Below the pieces are notes generated by a model. The model was not told where the DNA came from and searched no databases. It saw only the letters and a list, made by a program, of their open reading frames with translations. A DNA stretch of 64,000 nucleotides from Bacilli bacterium (GTDB lineage: Bacteria > Bacillota_I > Bacilli_A > RF39 > UBA660), in the NCBI GenBank assembly GCA_022798795.1, contig JAAWNF010000001.1, positions 953-64,952 of the forward strand, written 5' to 3'. The first letter of the stretch is position 1, and the number at the start of each line of letters is the position of its first letter. Of the stretch, positions 1 to 10,362 are shown piece after piece. Position numbers and translations under genes: made by a program.

Positions 1-1025
1 AAGTCGCTTATTTGAGACCTAGAACAAATTTATTGGGTGCCGTATTTAGAGTGAGAAGCATTGCAGCATATGCAATTCATAAATATTTTCAAGATAACGG
101 CTATGTTTATTTTCATGCACCAATTATTACTGCAAGTGATTGTGAAGGTGCAGGAGAAATGTTTCAATTAACAACACTAGATTTAGAAAAAGTAGCAAAA
201 TCGGGAACTGTAGATTATAGTAAAGATTTTTTTGGCAAACAAGCTGCTTTAACTGTTAGTGGACAACTTCAAGCTGAAACGTTCGCACTTACTTATAAGA
301 AGACTTATACATTTGGTCCTACTTTTAGAGCTGAAAATTCAAATACAAAAACACATGCTTCAGAGTTTTGGATGATAGAGCCAGAAATCGCCTTTTGTGA
401 TTTAGAAGGGGATATGGATATCATGGAAGGAATGCTAAAGTATGTGGTAAAGTATGTACTAGAAAATTGTCCAGATGAAATGGAATTTTTTGATAAATTT
501 GTAGAGAATGGGCTTTTGCAAAAACTTACAAAACTTATCAATAGTCATTTTACAAGAATAGACCATAAAGAGGTAATTAAAATTTTAAAAGAAGCAGATG
601 TAAAATGGGAATTTGAACCAGAGTATGGAGAAGATATTGCAAAAGAACATGAAAAATATATAACAGAATATTTTAATGGACCTGTATTTATTAAAAACTG
701 GCCAAAAGATATTAAAGCATTTTATATGAAAGTGAATGAAGATGGAAATACGGTAGCTGCAGTAGACTTAGAAGTTCCAGGAGCAGGAGAACTTATGGGG
801 GGCTCTCAAAGAGAAGAAGATTACGAAAAACTAAAACAACGAATGAAAGAAATGAATGTAAGCGAAGAGGGTCTTGAATGGTATTTGAATCTAAGAAAGT
901 ATGGTGGATGTATTCACTCTGGCTTTGGTATGGGATTTGAAAGATTGCTCATTTATTTAACTGGAGTAGACAACATAAGAGATGTAATTCCATATCCAAG
1001 AACGCCAAATAATTGTGATTTTTAG
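1..1025 (+). CDS. asnS: Asparaginyl-tRNA synthetase, C-terminal ~337 aa; the 5' end lies upstream of the window
   Basis: Class II aaRS motifs ([25 protein letters not shown]). No stop codon upstream of the first in-frame codon, so the gene is truncated by the window edge. Confidence 0.85.
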   Translation, partial: VAYLRPRTNLLGAVFRVRSIAAYAIHKYFQDNGYVYFHAPIITASDCEGAGEMFQLTTLDLEKVAKSGTVDYSKDFFGKQAALTVSGQLQAETFALTYKKTYTFGPTFRAENSNTKTHASEFWMIEPEIAFCDLEGDMDIMEGMLKYVVKYVLENCPDEMEFFDKFVENGLLQKLTKLINSHFTRIDHKEVIKILKEADVKWEFEPEYGEDIAKEHEKYITEYFNGPVFIKNWPKDIKAFYMKVNEDGNTVAAVDLEVPGAGELMGGSQREEDYEKLKQRMKEMNVSEEGLEWYLNLRKYGGCIHSGFGMGFERLLIYLTGVDNIRDVIPYPRTPNNCDF

Positions 1026-1029
1026 GAAA

Positions 1030-1056
1030 ATATGAGAACAACTCTCATATTTTTTG
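1030..1056 (+). terminator. Rho-independent terminator after asnS
   Basis: atatgaga-acaac-tctcatat 8-bp stem followed by a T-run. Confidence 0.6.
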
Positions 1057-1124
1057 TTATGAGATTCTCCATTTACAAAAATGAAAACCAATGTTATACT
1101 TAATTATAATAAGGGTGATAATAA

Positions 1125-2204
1125 ATGGCTTTAAATGAGATGGAAAAATATCAAATTGATATATTAATAGGACGATTAAAAACATTATATCCAGAAATTT
1201 TTAATGAGCAAACATCATTAGATTTAAGGAGAAGAATGTTAGATAGCAATCAAGATTTTACCATGCTTTCTAGAGAATTGAATCGTGCTATGCAAGAACA
1301 AACAAGATTGGAAAAACTATTGTATAAATACCAATTAAGAGCAGATAATGTAAGACAAAAAGCAGAAACAGAGATACAAATGGCTTTAAATATGAGTGAA
1401 ATTACAGACTTTAAAAGAGATGGAAAAATTTATATTAAAATTACTTATAGTGATGGTAGAGTCCAAGTGATAGAAAATAGAAATGCAAAAGATACAAAAC
1501 AAATTTTTGAAGATATTCAGAGATTAAGATTTTTAAATAGCATGGATGGAATAATGAACGCTGAAGCCGCTTTTAAAGAATTATTAAAAGATTATAGAGA
1601 AGTAGCATTGGATAATGTTATGTTTATGAATCAGGATAAGTTAAATATGAAAGAACAGTCAATGTTGAATTTTGTACAAATAAATTTTCCTAATAATAGA
1701 GTGCTTGCTTCTGTAGTAGAAAATATATTTGTGATTAAAGGAAATCCTGATATTACTGTAGAAGTATTAGAAAGTAACGGAAACTATTCTTTAAAGCAAG
1801 TTGGAGAAGCCGGTTACGGTGTACAGGAACAAAGACAAGAAATAGTGAGAACTGAGATGATTGTAGAAAGACCAAATAATATAAAGCAAGAAAATTCTAT
1901 AGAACAGCTTGAAAAAATTACTGAAGGTATGACAGAACAAGAGATTGTGGAATATTTAAAAATACATGGAAAGAATCAGCAACAAATTATGCTCATTTTA
2001 TTAGCTTTAGAAGAAGCAAAAAATAAAAAGGAAGCAGAAGCAAAAATAGAGTTGGCAGAAAAGCCTAAGCAAATGGTTTTGAAGCCAGATATCAGAGGGA
2101 AAATGGCAGCTTTTATTGATACAATTTATTTGGCATTTTTAGTGGGAATGATAAGTGGAGCTACATTTTTTGTTATGTTACGTTTTCTGCTACATTCCTT
2201 ATAA
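1125..2204 (+). CDS. Hypothetical coiled-coil protein with a C-terminal transmembrane tail anchor
   Basis: RBS agggtga. Long charged, coiled-coil-like sequence with a single hydrophobic helix (AAFIDTIYLAFLVGMISGATFFVML) at the extreme C-terminus. No recognisable family. Confidence 0.5.
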   Translation: MALNEMEKYQIDILIGRLKTLYPEIFNEQTSLDLRRRMLDSNQDFTMLSRELNRAMQEQTRLEKLLYKYQLRADNVRQKAETEIQMALNMSEITDFKRDGKIYIKITYSDGRVQVIENRNAKDTKQIFEDIQRLRFLNSMDGIMNAEAAFKELLKDYREVALDNVMFMNQDKLNMKEQSMLNFVQINFPNNRVLASVVENIFVIKGNPDITVEVLESNGNYSLKQVGEAGYGVQEQRQEIVRTEMIVERPNNIKQENSIEQLEKITEGMTEQEIVEYLKIHGKNQQQIMLILLALEEAKNKKEAEAKIELAEKPKQMVLKPDIRGKMAAFIDTIYLAFLVGMISGATFFVMLRFLLHSL

Positions 2205-2314
2205 AATTTCAAAGAAAATAAGCAAAAAGTAATGAAATATATTGATTTTATAGGTAAAAGATGATATTCTTAGAATGTAAGCAAAATAGCTTAACACAAT
2301 AGGGAGGTAAAACA

Positions 2315-2587
2315 ATGACAAAAACAGATTTAATCAATTTTATTGCAGAAGAAACTGGATTAACAAAAGCAGACTCAGCAAGAGCTTTAGAGGCTATGAT
2401 GAGTGGAGTTATTAAAGGATTAAAAGAAGATGGAAAAGTAACTTTAACTGGATTCTGTACTTTTACTGCTAAGAAAAAAGAAGCAAAAGAAGGACGTAAT
2501 CCAAGAACTGGTGAAACAGTTAAAATACCTGCAAGAATTGCTGCAACAATCAAAGCTGGTACTAAATTAAAAGATGCTTTAAACTAA
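2315..2587 (+). CDS. hup: DNA-binding protein HU
   Basis: 90 aa. Canonical HU sequence (GFGTF-like arm, RNPRTGE, IPA). RBS gggagg. Confidence 0.9.
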   Translation: MTKTDLINFIAEETGLTKADSARALEAMMSGVIKGLKEDGKVTLTGFCTFTAKKKEAKEGRNPRTGETVKIPARIAATIKAGTKLKDALN

Positions 2588-2607
2588 AAGACGAAAGTCT
2601 TTTTTTC
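2587..2607 (+). terminator. Rho-independent terminator after hup
   Basis: aaagac-gaa-gtcttt followed by a T-run. Confidence 0.55.
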
Positions 2608-2619
2608 TATAAAGAGGAT

Positions 2620-3714
2620 GTGGATATAGTGAATACAGAAGTATTAGAATTGTTGAATAAAATAACTGATGCAGGATATGAAGCATATGTGGTAGGAGGT
2701 TATCCAAGAGATCTGTATTTAAAAAGAGATACAACAGATTATGATGTAACTACCAGTGCAACACCAGAAGAATTAAAAAAAATTTTTCCTAATGTTGATG
2801 ATAAAGATTCAAAATATGGAAAAGTAACTCTTAAAATGGAAAATATCATGGTAGAAATTACAACATATCGTATAGAAACAAGCTATGAAAATCATCGAAA
2901 GCCATCAATTCGTTATACAAAAGAGTTGTCTGAAGATTTAAAAAGAAGAGATTTTATTATGAATACATTATGTATTGACAATCATGGCAATTTTGTAGAT
3001 TTACTAGGTGCTAGAAAAGACATTGATAACCAAATAATTCGTGTAGTAGGAGATACAAAATCAAAAATAGAAGAAGATGCTCTTAGAATTTTAAGAGCCA
3101 TTCGTTTTGCTGTAACTTTAAATTTTAAATTGGAAAACTCTCTAAAAGAAGCCATTCGTTTATATAAACAAAATATAAAAGATTTATCTTATTTTAGGAG
3201 ACAGGAAGAGTTAAATCGTATTTTTTCAAGTAATAATATAGAATATGGGATAGCTCTTTTAAAAGAGTTAGAAGAAGAACTAGAAATATCTGGTTTAAAA
3301 GAATTAAATCCACATACTTCAGTGTTAGGAATATGGGCGCAGTTGGAGTTTTCTCCTAAATATGAATTTTCTAAAAAAGAAAAGAAAGAAATTGAAATAT
3401 TAAAAACTTTATTACAGAAGGATATATTGGAACCTTTTGTTTTATATCAATATGGACCTTATTATTGCGGAATTATTGCTGAAATAAAGGGAATTCCAAA
3501 AAGTGAAGTCATTGATATATATCAGAAACTTCCAATTCATCATCGTGATGAGATAGCTCTTTCATCAAAAGAATTAGCATTGTTTGTAAAAAAAGAAAAT
3601 GTTGGAGAAATCTATGTAGATATCGAAAAAAAGATTTTGTTAGGGGAATTAGAAAATTTAAAAATATTTATTAAACGTTATATTTTAGAAAATTATGATA
3701 GACGAAATGACTAA
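2620..3714 (+). CDS. cca: CCA-adding tRNA nucleotidyltransferase
   Basis: N-terminal polymerase-beta-like motif (VVGGYPRDLYL...DYDVTT), RRDFIMN and the poly(A) polymerase head domain. Length ~364 aa. Confidence 0.8.
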   Translation: MDIVNTEVLELLNKITDAGYEAYVVGGYPRDLYLKRDTTDYDVTTSATPEELKKIFPNVDDKDSKYGKVTLKMENIMVEITTYRIETSYENHRKPSIRYTKELSEDLKRRDFIMNTLCIDNHGNFVDLLGARKDIDNQIIRVVGDTKSKIEEDALRILRAIRFAVTLNFKLENSLKEAIRLYKQNIKDLSYFRRQEELNRIFSSNNIEYGIALLKELEEELEISGLKELNPHTSVLGIWAQLEFSPKYEFSKKEKKEIEILKTLLQKDILEPFVLYQYGPYYCGIIAEIKGIPKSEVIDIYQKLPIHHRDEIALSSKELALFVKKENVGEIYVDIEKKILLGELENLKIFIKRYILENYDRRND

Positions 3715-3753
3715 AATGTTATATAATAAATAGCACACGTAAGGTGGTGTCAT

Positions 3754-4413
3754 ATGACAGAAGAATTGTGGAAAATATTGAAAGCAGGAGATATCGTAAT
3801 TCCAAGATTATTGCTTTCGAAATATCATGATTTAAAATTGACAGATAGAGAATTTATTTTACTTATTTATTTATTGAGTGTTTTAAATACTTCATTTAAT
3901 CCAAAACAAATTGGTTCTGATTTGGGATTAACTTTAGAAGAAGTAATGGAAGAAATTACCACTTTAACATCTTTAGGATTGTTAAAATTAGAGGTAAAAA
4001 AAGTAGGAAATGTACGAGACGAATTTGTGAATTTGGACGGATTATATCAAAAGCTTGTATATATAATCGTAAATGGTGTAGCAGAAGAATCAAAAAAAGA
4101 AATATCTACGGATATTTTTACAACATTTGAACATGAATTTGGAAGAACTCTATCTCCTATGGAATATGAAATTATCAATGCTTGGCTAGATGGAGATTAT
4201 ACAGAAGAAATTGTTTTATTAGCTTTAAAAGAAGCGATTTATAATGGTACTACAAATCTTCGTTATATTGATAGAATTCTTCATAATTGGTATAAAAAGG
4301 GAATTAGGACGGCACAAGATGTAGAAAAAGATAAAAAAACGTTTCAAACTAGAAAAGTAAAATCTTTGGAAATTTTTGATAGTTATGATTGGTTGAATGA
4401 TGATAATGAATGA
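3754..4413 (+). CDS. dnaD: DnaD-domain replication initiation / membrane attachment protein
   Basis: DnaD-like C-terminal region (YEIINAWLDG...NWYKKGIRT). Sits upstream of nth as in Bacillus. Confidence 0.7.
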   Translation: MTEELWKILKAGDIVIPRLLLSKYHDLKLTDREFILLIYLLSVLNTSFNPKQIGSDLGLTLEEVMEEITTLTSLGLLKLEVKKVGNVRDEFVNLDGLYQKLVYIIVNGVAEESKKEISTDIFTTFEHEFGRTLSPMEYEIINAWLDGDYTEEIVLLALKEAIYNGTTNLRYIDRILHNWYKKGIRTAQDVEKDKKTFQTRKVKSLEIFDSYDWLNDDNE

Positions 4414-5023
4414 AATAATGAATTATTTAGACTTTCTTTTTCCAGACCCGAAATGTGAGCTGAATTATAATAAGGATTATGAATTATTAATTGCTGTAAT
4501 GTTGAGTGCTCAAACCACAGATAAACGTGTCAATATGGTAACCAATATTTTATTTAAAAAGTATCCAACTTTAAAAGATTTAAAAGATGCTCCTCTTGAT
4601 GATTTAATTCAAATTATAAGACCGATTGGAACGTTTCAAAGAAAGGCTAGAAATATAAAATTAATTGCAGAGAAACTTCTAGAAGAAGTAAATGGAGTAG
4701 TTCCAAATGATAGAAAATTTTTGGAATCATTAAGTGGGGTTGGAAGAAAAACAACGAATGTTGTACTTAGTAATTTATATGGAGCGAATGTGATTGCAGT
4801 AGATACACATGTTAGTAGAGTTAGTAAAAGATTAGGGCTAGCAAAAAAGAATGATGATGTAATAGTAATTGAGACAAAGCTAACGAAAAAGTTTCCAAAA
4901 GAAAAATTAGGAAGACTTCATCATCAACTTGTATTGTTTGGAAGATATTATTGTAAAGCTTCTAATCCTGAATGTAGAACCTGTCAATTAAAAAGTATTT
5001 GTAAAGAAAAGAAGGAATCTTAA
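4397..5023 (+). CDS. nth: Endonuclease III (DNA glycosylase/AP lyase)
   Basis: HhH-GPD motif (LSGVGRKTTNVVL), catalytic D, and a C-terminal [4Fe-4S] cluster C-x6-C-x2-C-x5-C (CKASNPECRTCQLKSIC). Confidence 0.85.
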   Translation: MMIMNEIMNYLDFLFPDPKCELNYNKDYELLIAVMLSAQTTDKRVNMVTNILFKKYPTLKDLKDAPLDDLIQIIRPIGTFQRKARNIKLIAEKLLEEVNGVVPNDRKFLESLSGVGRKTTNVVLSNLYGANVIAVDTHVSRVSKRLGLAKKNDDVIVIETKLTKKFPKEKLGRLHHQLVLFGRYYCKASNPECRTCQLKSICKEKKES

Positions 5024-5042
5024 ATGATATTCCTTCTTTTTT
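5011..5042. terminator. Bidirectional terminator between the convergent nth and ponA
   Basis: gaaggaat-N10-attccttc stem with T-runs on both sides. Confidence 0.6.
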
Positions 5043-8000
5043 ATTCAATTGTAATATTTAATTCAATCGTTCTATTCTGCTTTTTATAGGATACTTTCAA
5101 AGTCGCTTTATAAGTTGTTCCCGGTTTTGTATAATCAAAAGTATCATGAGAGACTTCAATTGTAGCTTTGTCTGTAACGTCTGTTAAAACACCATTGATA
5201 CGTTCTGTAACCATAACATAAGAGTATCCACTTTCATCAAATTGATTTGTTTCAGAAATTTTAATGTTTTTACTTCCATTCACAAGAATAGAAATATCAT
5301 TTTTATCTTTGTCATCATCAGGTTTTTCTTCTGGTTGAGAATTATCTTCTACAGAAAGAACAATTTCTACTCCACTACTTGCTGCTTTCGTTAAAATAGA
5401 ATAGCTAGATTTTATTATATATGTATTTTTTCCAGCTGAAGTATCTGTAAATGTTACTTCATTTGATGAAGTTTTTGCCATTAGAGTTAAAGAACCATCT
5501 GCATTTTTTCTATAAACATGATATTCTAATTGACCAATAGCACTGTTGTTATAATTTAATTGAGAATTAATGTAATCGATTAAATACTCTTCTTTTTTGA
5601 ATAAATCTTTATAAATTTCACGAATTCCTTCTGCAGTCATATAGCTTGGTGTTGAAATGCCATCCCAAGAAAGTGTAACTTTATTTCCTACAGCACCACC
5701 TTTTAAATTTGAAATATTAGTTAGTGAAGAAAAACGGGTGGATTGTTCAGTAGGCTCTGTACCTTTTTTAAATAATGCTGTAGTAATCATATCACTTGGA
5801 GTATTTTCACTTGGTAATGCAAGTGGGTAACTATCTTTTTCTATTTCTATTTCAATAACTCCATTTGGTTTTGTAAACTTAGTCCCCTTTTCAAAGAGAG
5901 CTTTACCTAAAGTTTGAAATAATCTTAAGTGATGATATTGTCCTAATTTATTGATATATCCAGCTTGAACATTTTCTTGCTTTATTCCACCGCCATATCC
6001 ATACCATAAAGAAATTGTATAATTTGGACTAGAACCAACAACCCAATAGTCATTGATAGCACCATTTGGTAATTTATGTATTTTAAAAGCAGAATCAGGA
6101 TAGTTGGTAGTTCCTGTTTTAGCACCATAAGTAACTCCAGGAATGTTAGAATAACTACCCAATGCATAAGAAGGAGTTTCTAATAACATATGAGTAACCA
6201 TATAAGCGGTTTCTTCACTCATTGCTCTTGTTTTTTCCACTTTTTTATTATGAACTTCACCAGATTCACGAAATTCTATTTTTGTATAACTATGTGGTGT
6301 AATATAGTATCCTCCATTTGCAAAAGCACTATAAGCTGCCGCTAAAGTGATAGGAGATTCTCCATCATATCCACCAATAGAGTGAGCTTCGTGTATAATT
6401 CCATCTGATGTTTCTGGACTTAAATGCAAATTAGAAACAAATTTTTGAATATCTTTATTATCTAATGTTTGAAATGTTTTAATAGCTGGAATATTTCTTG
6501 ATAAGCGAAGAGCTTCTTGAACAGTCATCATACCCATATACTTTAAGTCCCAGTTATTAACTGTACCACCACTTGAATAGCCATGTTCGTCATCAACAAT
6601 TAATTGCTTTGTACTCCAATTTAAATATTCAATGGCAGGACCATAATCAAATAAAGGTTTGGCTGTTGAACCTATTTGATGTGTTTCAACCGCATAATTA
6701 AGGACTTTGATATCATACATATTATGTCTTCCACCACTAATTGCTGAAATTGCCCCAGTCTGATTATCTACAACAGCAACACCAGCATCAACGGCAGGAT
6801 TTTGCCAATTAAAAGTTTCTCCAGTTAAAATCTTATTGATTTCATCTTGCTTATCAGGGTCTAAAGTTGTATATATTTTCATTGGTGTTGTATAAGGGTC
6901 AAGATTTAAATCTTTTTGTATTTCAGAAATAACTAAGTTAATAAAACTCATATATTCATTTCCTGTATCACTAGTTTCTGTGAATGGATTAAGAATTTTT
7001 TCTACAGTCATAGAGGAAGCAATTTCTTTTTCTTCTGCAGTGATATATCCATGTCTTTCCATTAAATATAGAACTGTTTGTCTTCTTTTTTCACAAGCTT
7101 CTGGATTTAAAAATGGGTCATATCCAGCAGGAGATTGAAATAGTCCTGCAATCATAGCAGCTTCGGCAAGGTTTAAGTCTTTTGCATGTTTACTAAAATA
7201 AGTTAAAGAGGCTTGTTCAACTCCATAAGAGCTTCCACCTAGATAATTATCATTAACATAAAACTCAATAATTTCTTTTTTTGTATATGTTTTTTCGAGT
7301 TGATACATTGCCATATAGATGTCAGTGAATTTCCGTTTTATTCCCTCCCATCCACGGCTTTCTGTACTGGTATAATTATTTTTAGAAACTTGCATGGTAA
7401 GGGTAGAAGCTCCACCACCACCACGTCCAAGCAATTGATTGACTGAAGCTTTTAAGAAACGAGGTAAATCAAATCCATTATGTGTAAAGAATCTAGAATC
7501 TTCTGTTGCAATGATTGCATTGATTAAATTCTCTGACATTTGGTCATAAGTTATTTTTTCACGTTTTTGTGCTCCAACTTTGGCAATTTCATTTCCATGT
7601 ACATTGTAAAAAACAGAAGCTTCTTTGCGATCTAATTGATTTGGGTCAAATTTTGGTGCATTTTTCGCTATTTGCATAAAGAATAATCCAGCTGCAATAC
7701 ATCCTGCGATTCCTAAAAGAATACAAAGAATAAAAATGCCAATAAATATTTTTTTAGCAATGCCTTTTTTTCTTTTTTTCTTTTTTTCTTTTGTCTTTTT
7801 TTCAACTTTTTTTGAATTGTTTGCTTTATTAACATTAATTTTAGTTTTGTTAGTATTAGCAGTAGTTTTTGCCTTATTAGGTTTTTTTGCCTTTTTCTTT
7901 ATTATTTTCCAAATCGTAGGCGCAAAAAGACATATGTCAATGATTCCTACAATAAAGAATGATTTCAAAAATCCAATTGCAAAAATCCCTATTATCAAAG

Positions 8001-8076
8001 CTAGAAAACTAATTCCGCCAATTGCAATATTCATTTGATTTTTCATAATAAATCGCTTGATTTTCTTTTTATCCAT
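5041..8076 (-). CDS. ponA: Bifunctional class A penicillin-binding protein (transglycosylase/transpeptidase) with a long C-terminal extension
   Basis: N-terminal TM helix, a lysine-rich linker, GT51 motifs (EDSRFFTHNGFD, RGGGGASTLTMQ), the transpeptidase SxxK (STAKP), and recU immediately upstream on the same strand. Confidence 0.85.
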   Translation of the reverse strand: MDKKKIKRFIMKNQMNIAIGGISFLALIIGIFAIGFLKSFFIVGIIDICLFAPTIWKIIKKKAKKPNKAKTTANTNKTKINVNKANNSKKVEKKTKEKKKKRKKGIAKKIFIGIFILCILLGIAGCIAAGLFFMQIAKNAPKFDPNQLDRKEASVFYNVHGNEIAKVGAQKREKITYDQMSENLINAIIATEDSRFFTHNGFDLPRFLKASVNQLLGRGGGGASTLTMQVSKNNYTSTESRGWEGIKRKFTDIYMAMYQLEKTYTKKEIIEFYVNDNYLGGSSYGVEQASLTYFSKHAKDLNLAEAAMIAGLFQSPAGYDPFLNPEACEKRRQTVLYLMERHGYITAEEKEIASSMTVEKILNPFTETSDTGNEYMSFINLVISEIQKDLNLDPYTTPMKIYTTLDPDKQDEINKILTGETFNWQNPAVDAGVAVVDNQTGAISAISGGRHNMYDIKVLNYAVETHQIGSTAKPLFDYGPAIEYLNWSTKQLIVDDEHGYSSGGTVNNWDLKYMGMMTVQEALRLSRNIPAIKTFQTLDNKDIQKFVSNLHLSPETSDGIIHEAHSIGGYDGESPITLAAAYSAFANGGYYITPHSYTKIEFRESGEVHNKKVEKTRAMSEETAYMVTHMLLETPSYALGSYSNIPGVTYGAKTGTTNYPDSAFKIHKLPNGAINDYWVVGSSPNYTISLWYGYGGGIKQENVQAGYINKLGQYHHLRLFQTLGKALFEKGTKFTKPNGVIEIEIEKDSYPLALPSENTPSDMITTALFKKGTEPTEQSTRFSSLTNISNLKGGAVGNKVTLSWDGISTPSYMTAEGIREIYKDLFKKEEYLIDYINSQLNYNNSAIGQLEYHVYRKNADGSLTLMAKTSSNEVTFTDTSAGKNTYIIKSSYSILTKAASSGVEIVLSVEDNSQPEEKPDDDKDKNDISILVNGSKNIKISETNQFDESGYSYVMVTERINGVLTDVTDKATIEVSHDTFDYTKPGTTYKATLKVSYKKQNRTIELNITIE

Positions 8077-8078
8077 AT

Positions 8079-8645
8079 CTATTCTCCTTCAAAATAAATT
8101 TTATTAACAATCGTTAAGTAATCTAATCTTGGACTATATTTCTCTTTTAATAGATGACCTTCAGTCTTAAAATATTCACATGGAATGGATTTTCTAGTAG
8201 AAGATGCTAAAAAAGAGAACAGTTTTTGAGCGCTTAAATAATACGTTTCTCCAAGTGTAGAAAAGCGAACAATAATAAAACCAATTCCCCCATGATTTTC
8301 AATTTTTCTTAAATGTTCAATTTGATGTTTATGTATGTTTGCGAGTGGAAAATAAAGATGCCTAGTTTCTTTGGCCTCAAAATCAATATATTTTCCCTTA
8401 TAAATTCCATTATAATCTGTAGTAGAAGGAATTTTAAAGTATGCTTCTTTTATCACAGCTTCTAATCTAGATGGATAATCTACTTTTCTAATTGTAATTG
8501 GAGTGGGTTTTTTATGAATGATAGCAATATCATTATTTAAATAATACTCATTTGTTTCATTGATATCATCTTCTAATCCCATTCCACGATTGCCATGATA
8601 GACTTGCTTTTCATAATTTTTTTTTGTTCCAGTTGGGTAATTCAC
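8079..8645 (-). CDS. recU: Holliday junction resolvase RecU
   Basis: 188 aa, in the conserved recU-ponA operon position. RecU-like sequence (DYNGIYKGKYIDFEAKET). Confidence 0.75.
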   Translation of the reverse strand: MNYPTGTKKNYEKQVYHGNRGMGLEDDINETNEYYLNNDIAIIHKKPTPITIRKVDYPSRLEAVIKEAYFKIPSTTDYNGIYKGKYIDFEAKETRHLYFPLANIHKHQIEHLRKIENHGGIGFIIVRFSTLGETYYLSAQKLFSFLASSTRKSIPCEYFKTEGHLLKEKYSPRLDYLTIVNKIYFEGE

Positions 8646-8804
8646 TTTTTAATCACCAAAATTATTATACTATAAATTCTAATTTTTTTCTACGTCTTTC
8701 TTCTGAAATGAAAAAAATGTCACTTTTGAAATTTTTTTCTAGTTTTGTCGAAAGAAAAGTATAAAAAAATTCTTTATGATAAATTATATTTAGAGGTGAT
8801 AAAA

Positions 8805-8894
8805 ATGCAAAAACATCATATAGAGCAAATTTTTAATACCATGATAGAAGATATTAAATATTTAAAACGCGCTACTTATTTTAATAGAAAATAG
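8805..8894 (+). CDS. Possible small protein (29 aa) in the recU-gpsB intergenic gap
   Basis: Strong RBS agaggtga 6 nt upstream of the ATG. Translates to MQKHHIEQIFNTMIEDIKYLKRATYFNRK. There is no other coding capacity in the ~500-bp gap. Confidence 0.25.
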   Translation: MQKHHIEQIFNTMIEDIKYLKRATYFNRK

Positions 8895-9151
8895 GTAGTT
8901 TTTATTTATTAAAATCCAAATTGCTTTCTAAAATAATTGATATATACGATAAGTAAAAAGAATCTTTTCTATATTTTATTATCAGTACTAAGAAATTATA
9001 GCACCAATACAATATGAGAAAAGAAAAAAAGGAACAATTATAAATGGAAATTATCTGTTTTCTATTCAGTAATCTATGTTTGAAAGTAAATTGACAAATA
9101 GCTCTTTTTTTGAGACAATAGTAACATATAAATGAGTGAAGAGGTGGAGTT

Positions 9152-9481
9152 ATGTACCAAGAAAGGATTTTGCTGACTGTAAAAGATATTTTAGAAAAAG
9201 AATTTAAAATAGACACACGTGGATATCGTCCTCAAGAAGTAGATAAATTCTTAGATATTATTATTCGTGATTATGAAGAAATGAATTCCATCATAAAAGA
9301 ACTAGAAAAAGAAAAAAAAGAATTAATGGAGGATAATTTAAGATTGAAGCAAGATGTAAGAAACTTAAGAACCAAATTAGAAGTGATTCGTGATGAAGGT
9401 GGAGATAAAGTGATTCCATCAAATGCGGATGTTTTAAGAAGATTATCAAATTTAGAAAAAATCATTTATGGAAAAGAATAA
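9152..9481 (+). CDS. gpsB: Cell-cycle protein GpsB (DivIVA-domain)
   Basis: N-terminal DivIVA domain (ILEKEFKIDTRGYRPQEVDKFLD) and a short coiled coil. Position between recU-ponA and rnpB matches Bacillus. Confidence 0.8.
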   Translation: MYQERILLTVKDILEKEFKIDTRGYRPQEVDKFLDIIIRDYEEMNSIIKELEKEKKELMEDNLRLKQDVRNLRTKLEVIRDEGGDKVIPSNADVLRRLSNLEKIIYGKE

Positions 9482-9483
9482 TA

Positions 9484-9836
9484 CTTGGGCAAACGCTGTA
9501 TGCATAGTCATATAGAGGAAAGTCCATGCTCACATAGTCTGTGATGACTATACTGTTCGTGCATAGGGAAAAAATAACCTATGGTAGTAGAAATACTAAC
9601 GGCGCTTTTAATCCTAAGTAGAAATATAAGGAAGCGAAGCATAAAGTGCCATAGTGACGAAACTATTAGAAATGATAGTAGTGGAACGGGTAAACCCCAC
9701 GAGTGAGAAACCCAAATTTTGGTAGGGGAACCTAATAAGAAAGAATTAGAATTTCTTATGGGATTGATGAAAATCAATAGATAGATGTTTGCCACCTAGG
9801 TATAGGTACAGAACATGGCTTATAAAGTATTATTTT
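9484..9836 (+). ncRNA. rnpB: RNase P RNA (bacterial type B)
   Basis: Conserved GAGGAAAGTCC...and ACAGAACATGGCTTA blocks. Long match to the B. subtilis P10-P12 region (AGTGCCAnAGTGACGAA...GGAACGGGTAAACCCC...GAGAAACCCAAATTTTGGTAGGGGAACCT). Located after gpsB as in B. subtilis. Exact ends are approximate, about +/-10 nt. Confidence 0.9.
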
Positions 9837-9845
9837 TGTTTATAT

Positions 9846-10352
9846 ATGAAAGTAGGTGCGAAAGTGAAAGAAATCGGAGCGAAGTTAAAAGGGGCTCGTG
9901 AAGATATGGGAGTTTCTGTAGAAGAAGTAGCTGAAGATTTAAAGTTACGCCCTTCTCAAATTGAAAATATTGAGGAAGGAAATATGGATGCTTTTAAAGA
10001 TATTTTTTACTTAAAATATTTTATTCGTGATTATGCAAAATATCTTGGACTAAGTTATGAAGATATGGTTGATGATTTTAACGAATATTTATTTGATTAT
10101 ACATCTAAAATTTCATTAGACGATATAAAGAAAGCTCAGAAAGAAACAAATAAGAAAAAAGTAGAAGAAGCAAATAAAGTAACTTCTCCATATACGATAG
10201 AATATGAGAGTAAATTTCCTCTCATTCCATTCATTGCTATCACTATATTTGTAATTGTATTTGCGGTTATGGTAATCGCGATTGCAAATCGTCCAAAAAA
10301 GGATGAAACAAAAAAACCAAATAATGTAATAGCAATGAATATGATTAAATAG
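9846..10352 (+). CDS. rodZ: RodZ-like membrane-anchored XRE-family HTH protein
   Basis: N-terminal HTH (IGAKLKGAREDMGVSVEEVAEDLKLRPSQIENIEEG) and a single TM near the C-terminus. Sits upstream of pgsA-recA as ymfM/rodZ does in B. subtilis. The ORF-track start at 9789 lies inside rnpB, so the internal ATG at 9846 was chosen. Confidence 0.6.
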   Translation: MKVGAKVKEIGAKLKGAREDMGVSVEEVAEDLKLRPSQIENIEEGNMDAFKDIFYLKYFIRDYAKYLGLSYEDMVDDFNEYLFDYTSKISLDDIKKAQKETNKKKVEEANKVTSPYTIEYESKFPLIPFIAITIFVIVFAVMVIAIANRPKKDETKKPNNVIAMNMIK

Positions 10353-10362
10353 GAGGACTTTT

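Noticed and set aside
2248-2553. 101-aa minus-strand ORF
   Set aside because: It is antisense to the highly conserved hup gene.
7736-8038. 100-aa plus-strand ORF rich in Phe/Leu
   Set aside because: It is antisense to the Lys-rich linker of ponA, an artefact of an A/T-rich repetitive coding region.
9508-9795. 95-aa ORF on the minus strand
   Set aside because: It lies entirely antisense within the RNase P RNA gene, has no RBS, and has low-complexity translation.
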